From Pseudomonadota bacterium (GTDB taxonomy: Bacteria > Pseudomonadota > Gammaproteobacteria > Burkholderiales > Burkholderiaceae_C): a DNA stretch of 64,000 nucleotides. Below are positions 61,185 through 64,000 of the stretch, piece by piece. The stretch lies in assembly GCA_030538085.1 (NCBI GenBank), contig JAUNUR010000003.1, positions 23,281 through 87,280 of the forward strand. Direction: 5' to 3'. A model generated the notes under the pieces. That model was not told where the DNA came from and did not search any database. It saw nothing but the letters and a program-made list of their open reading frames with translations. Both the position numbers and the translations under genes were made by a program. Each line of letters starts with the position of its first letter. Within the stretch, counting starts at the first letter, position 1.

Positions 61185-62228
61185 ATGCCCGCCCGCGCCT
61201 CGTCGCAGCCCGGCCGATTGGTCGGCGCCCACACACCCATCGCCTTCGTGCAGGCGATCACGCAAGCCTATGCGCTGCGCGGCCTGAGCGCCGAGGGCGC
61301 GCTCACCAAGGCACAAATTGAGACATCTTCGCTGGACGACCCGCAGCACCGCGTCACCGCCACGCAGTTCGAACGCCTGTGCGCCGCCGCTATGCAGGAG
61401 CTGGACGACGAGGCGCCAGGCTGGTTCAGCCGCCGTCTGCCCTGGGGCAGCTACGGGCTGCTGGCGCGCGCCAGCATCACGGCGCCCACGCTGGGCGTGG
61501 CGCTCAGGCGCTGGTGCCGCCACCACGGCCTGCTGACGGACGACGTGGCGCTCACCGTGAAGACCAGCCAAGGCCATGCGCGGGTGGAAATAGACGAGCG
61601 ACGCGACCTGGGCGCGCTGCGCGAATTCGCCCTGCTCTCGCTGCTGCGCAACCTGCACGGCCTGGCCTGCTGGTGGGTGGATGCGCCCATCAGCCTGCAG
61701 CTGGCGCAGTTCCCGTTCGACGCGCCGCCGCACGCCGACGTGTACCCGCGCCTGTTCCCCGGCCCGGTGCGCTTTGGCGCGACGCAGGCCGCGCTGCAGT
61801 TCGACGCCAACGACCTGGCCCTGCCGCTGCGCCGCGACGCCGCCGCGCTCGACCAGATGTTGCGCCGCGCACTGCCCATCATGGTGTGGCCGTACCGCCG
61901 CGATGCAGGGCTGTCACGCCGTGTGCACCAGTTGCTGCAACAGCCGCACGCCGCCCACACCGCCGAAACCCTGGCCGCGCGGCTGGCGCTGTCGCCGCGC
62001 ACGCTGCACCGTCAGTTGCGCGGCGAAGGCACCAGCTTGCAGGCCTTGAAGGACGAGGCCCGCCGCGCCCGCGCCACCGAGCTGCTGCTGCGCACCACCC
62101 AGCCCGTGGCCCGCGTGGCGCGGGCGGCGGGGTTTCAGAACGACAAGAGCTTCATCCGCGCCTTCCGCCAATGGACGGGGCTGACGCCGGAGCAGTACCG
62201 ACTCACGCACGGAGGGGGCACGCCCTGA
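61185..62228 (+). CDS. AraC-family transcriptional regulator
   Basis: LALSPRTLHRQL, AGFQNDKSFIRAFRQWTGLTP; divergent from the synthetase. Confidence 0.93.
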   Translation: MPARASSQPGRLVGAHTPIAFVQAITQAYALRGLSAEGALTKAQIETSSLDDPQHRVTATQFERLCAAAMQELDDEAPGWFSRRLPWGSYGLLARASITAPTLGVALRRWCRHHGLLTDDVALTVKTSQGHARVEIDERRDLGALREFALLSLLRNLHGLACWWVDAPISLQLAQFPFDAPPHADVYPRLFPGPVRFGATQAALQFDANDLALPLRRDAAALDQMLRRALPIMVWPYRRDAGLSRRVHQLLQQPHAAHTAETLAARLALSPRTLHRQLRGEGTSLQALKDEARRARATELLLRTTQPVARVARAAGFQNDKSFIRAFRQWTGLTPEQYRLTHGGGTP

Positions 62229-62321
62229 ACCTGAAAACCTGCTTGATTCCCAAGAAACCTCAGAGGCTGTTCAACCAGGGTTTCGTAATTCAGGACAAGC
62301 ATATGTAATGACTTCTCCTCT

Positions 62322-62422
62322 ATCCCGTCATTGCGGCGAAGGCCGCAATCCACACGGTGTCCGCAGGTCAACACCGCGTCAAGGTGACGCTCCATGGATT
62401 GCGGCTTTCGCCGCAATGACGA
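62322..62422. repeat. REP-like palindrome (GTCATTGCGGCGAAGGCCGCAATCCA...TGGATTGCGGCTTTCGCCGCAATGAC)
   Basis: 26-bp inverted arms; one-arm copy at 2121-2185. Confidence 0.85.
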
Positions 62423-62567
62423 GGGAGCGTGAGGGGTTTTTTCTGATGGCCCGCGCTGTCGTGATTTTTGAAAACGTCAATAGAAGCGGCCGTTGGATGC
62501 GCCCGAGCGTGCCGTGATGGGCGCGCCGCGCACGCGTCTCAATCTCAAGCACCTGCGAGGAGACTTT

Positions 62568-62638
62568 GAAGCGGCCTTGGCCGCGATAGCAGCGCTTGGC
62601 CCTGAGCCAAGGCTTATCGCGGGCAAGCCCGCTCCCAC
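62568..62638. repeat. REP element (TGTGGGAGCGG family)
   Basis: Shares CCCTGAGCCAAGGCTTATCGCGGGCAAGCCCGCTCCCAC with 40780-40855. Confidence 0.85.
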
Positions 62639-62645
62639 TGAAACA

Positions 62646-63434
62646 TCAGCGCACGACGCCGCGCGTGGCCGTGGCCAGGAAGTCCTGCATGAGCTGGATG
62701 TCCGCGTCGGCCTCGGCCAGTTCGCCGCGCAGGGCGTCGATCTGCTGGCGCGCGGCGTCCAGCGTCAGGCCCTTGCGGTAGAGCAGGCGGTACATCTGCT
62801 TGATCAGCGTGATGCGCTCGGCGGAAAAACCCCGGCGCCGCAGCCCCTCGGCATTGATGCTCTGCGCCTCGGCCGGGTTGCCGCCCGCCGTGACGAAGGG
62901 CGGCACGTCCTGCGCCAGCCGGGTCTGGAAGGCCGTCATGGCGTGCGCGCCAACGCGGCCAAACTGGTGCACGCCGGTCAGGCCGCCCAGGAACACCCAG
63001 TCGCCCAGATGCACGTGGCCCGCCAGTTGCACCGCGTTGGCCAGGATGATGTGGCTGCCCAGCTGGCAGTCGTGCGCGATGTGCACGTAGGCCATGATCC
63101 AGTTGTCGTCGCCCAGGCGCGTAACGCCCGCGTCCTGCACCGTGCCGGTGTTGATGGTGACGAACTCGCGAATGGTGTTGCCGTCGCCGATCTCCAGCCG
63201 CGTGGGCTCGCCGGCGTACTTCTTGTCCTGCGGCGCGGCGCCGATGCTGGCGAACTGGAAGATGCGGTTGTCCCGCCCGAGGGTGGTGTGCCCCTCGACG
63301 ACGCAGTGCGCGCCGATGCTGGTGCCGCCGCCGATGCGCACGTGCGGCCCGATAACGGCATACGCCCCCACGCTCACGCCCGAAGCCAGCTCGGCCCGAG
63401 GATCAACCAGCGCCGTGGGATGAATCTCAGCCAT
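62646..63434 (-). CDS. lpxA: UDP-N-acetylglucosamine O-acyltransferase
   Basis: IHPTALV, hexapeptide repeats, [21 protein letters not shown]. Confidence 0.97.
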   Translation of the reverse strand: MAEIHPTALVDPRAELASGVSVGAYAVIGPHVRIGGGTSIGAHCVVEGHTTLGRDNRIFQFASIGAAPQDKKYAGEPTRLEIGDGNTIREFVTINTGTVQDAGVTRLGDDNWIMAYVHIAHDCQLGSHIILANAVQLAGHVHLGDWVFLGGLTGVHQFGRVGAHAMTAFQTRLAQDVPPFVTAGGNPAEAQSINAEGLRRRGFSAERITLIKQMYRLLYRKGLTLDAARQQIDALRGELAEADADIQLMQDFLATATRGVVR

Positions 63435-63578
63435 GCCAGACATTCAAGAGGCAGCGGAGCAGGCCATGCCAGCGGCCACCGTGGAGCGGGCTTGGCCCGG
63501 CCACTGGTGGCGTCCTCCCGTGGGGGGGGAAGGCGCGAAGCAACTCAGGGGGACAGGTCATGCCGCGACTCAGAGAGG

Positions 63579-64000
63579 TCACACCACTTTCCTCATCGTG
63601 CACATGATCTCGGCCTCCGCCGCCACCTCGCCTTCCACGTCGGCATGGCACCTGAATTTATAGATGCCGCCGCGCGAACGATCCATGGCCGCGTGCAGCA
63701 CCAGCTGATCGCCAGGCTCCACGGGGCGCTTAAAGCGCGCGCCGTCGATGCCGACGAAGTAGAAGACGGATTCGTCGTCGAGCGAGATGCCCTCGGTCTC
63801 GAACGAGAGCAGCGCGCAAGCCTGCGCCAGCGCTTCCAGCATCAGCACGCCGGGAAACACCGGACGGTTGGGAAAGTGCCCGGTGAAACAGGGCTCGTTC
63901 ACCGTCACGTTCTTGATCGCGCGGATGGTCTTGGCCCGCATGTCGATGTCCAGCACGCGATCCACCAGCAGAAAGGGGTATCGGTGCGGCAGCTTGGTCA
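63579..64000 (-). CDS. fabZ: 3-hydroxyacyl-ACP dehydratase (start lies beyond the window)
   Basis: [36 protein letters not shown]. Confidence 0.97.
   Translation of the reverse strand, partial: TKLPHRYPFLLVDRVLDIDMRAKTIRAIKNVTVNEPCFTGHFPNRPVFPGVLMLEALAQACALLSFETEGISLDDESVFYFVGIDGARFKRPVEPGDQLVLHAAMDRSRGGIYKFRCHADVEGEVAAEAEIMCTMRKVV

Noticed and set aside
61035-62517. Small ORFs around araC and the REP cluster
   Set aside because: Overlap araC or lie in palindromic repeat DNA

Overview
High-GC betaproteobacterial chromosome segment; gene content and REP types suggest Comamonadaceae (inference). A ~37-kb accessory island (~2190-39150) lies between core hslR and tRNA-Ser(CGA)/serS. It has three parts. 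(i) A 12-kb minus-strand biosynthetic operon of a type I cannot assign: a 75-aa leader ORF, four FabH/KAS-III-like proteins (two with and two without the catalytic Cys), GNAT, ACP, MATE exporter, a catalytic plus a degenerate acyl-CoA dehydrogenase, an AMP-ligase and a BtrK/LysA-type PLP decarboxylase. (ii) A decayed zone: IS5 remnant, MITEs, frameshifted DUF1778 and RhuM genes, a primase-helicase N-terminus fused to a SecA-paralog fragment, an orphan immunity-like gene and an Ig-repeat C-terminus. (iii) A prophage remnant with a truncated tyrosine integrase. In the prophage, a precise 7.87-kb inversion (26783-34649, 2-bp TT/AA core) splits both a large polyvalent virion protein gene and a holin-like gene; reversing it restores both reading frames exactly (2819 aa and 113 aa). 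Right of the island is core genome: serS, ispH, FKBP, radC, Smr, M48/LemA, globin, patatin, a truncated-PPDK/DUF47-like pair, the liu operon with a two-gene insertion, an AraC regulator, lpxA and partial fabZ. No CRISPR array or rRNA was seen. Family assignments come from motif recognition by eye, not database searches.
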